From Octopus vulgaris (Eukaryota), in contig OX597838.1 of assembly GCA_951406725.2 (NCBI GenBank), positions 33,976,001 to 34,040,000 on the forward strand: a stretch of DNA of 64,000 bases, read 5' to 3'. This document shows positions 63,418-64,000 of the stretch, one piece after another. The first letter of the stretch is position 1, and each line of letters starts with the position of its first letter. The notes beneath the pieces were generated by a model, which was given only the letters and a program-made list of their open reading frames with translations, was not told where the DNA came from and did no database searches. A program made the position numbers and the translations under genes.

Positions 63418-64000
63418 ATAGACAACAAAGCCAATCTGATAAACTCCATGTCCTCTTCTATCCCCGACCTTGCAACCATTCCACCTCTATCAACCCCCCT
63501 TCCCCGACCCCCACCATCCCACACGTTCTATATTTTCATCTCAGTAGACTTTAAATATCGCCAATGGTAAATCGTTAATTATTTTGCTCTTCGAACCTAA
63601 TTAAGCCTCTAATTATTATTATTATTACACTTCTACTTTTGTACCCAGCTTCAGAAATAAGTTGGGTGTGGGGTTTTCTTTTCTTTCTTTCTTTCTTTCT
63701 TTTTTTTTTTCCTAAAATGGCTGTGATTTTGTTTAAGACAATAACAACAACAACAACAACAATTTGCAATGTTCTTTGCAAAACTTGACAGAGATTCTAT
63801 TTTTCTATTTATGTTCTTAGTTTTTGTGGTTGATTTCATTTCTTTTCTTTTTTTTCAATATATATATATATACTTTCTTGAAATTAATCTCTAAATTGTA
63901 TGTCTTAAAAGAAAAAAAAAAAAGACTTAATTTTTAAGCTTGTTTAAAGTTAAGGAATATATTTCATGTAAAAACAACTTTAAATCTTAGATTCAGTTCT

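Overview
Eukaryotic, AT-rich, repeat-dense animal DNA. The SINE/LINE families suggest an octopus (coleoid cephalopod); this is inference from recalled families. One protein-coding gene spans most of the window on the + strand: a VCPIP1/VCIP135-like OTU deubiquitinase. I reconstructed it by hand as 13 GT-AG coding exons (5094-63417; 2892 nt, 963 aa), with all intron phases consistent. The introns hold tRNA-derived SINEs (CORE-like, Nin-domain and a third family), RTE LINE fragments and many isolated RTE 3' tails. They also hold mariner relics, piggyBac/hAT/Merlin-type MITEs, five non-autonomous Helitron-like elements, a decayed Penelope-like (GIY-YIG) fragment and microsatellites. Most notable observations: (1) five Penelope-type hammerhead ribozyme motifs, all antisense to the gene, one in an apparently tRNA-headed SINE-like element with an inverted tail copy; (2) variable-number arrays of a compact pseudoknot-plus-hairpin module in the RTE 3' UTR; (3) apparent absence of the UBX-like domain from this VCPIP1. 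Almost all short ORFs in the supplied track are repeat or microsatellite artefacts. No database searches or folding programs were run; family names are from recognition only.
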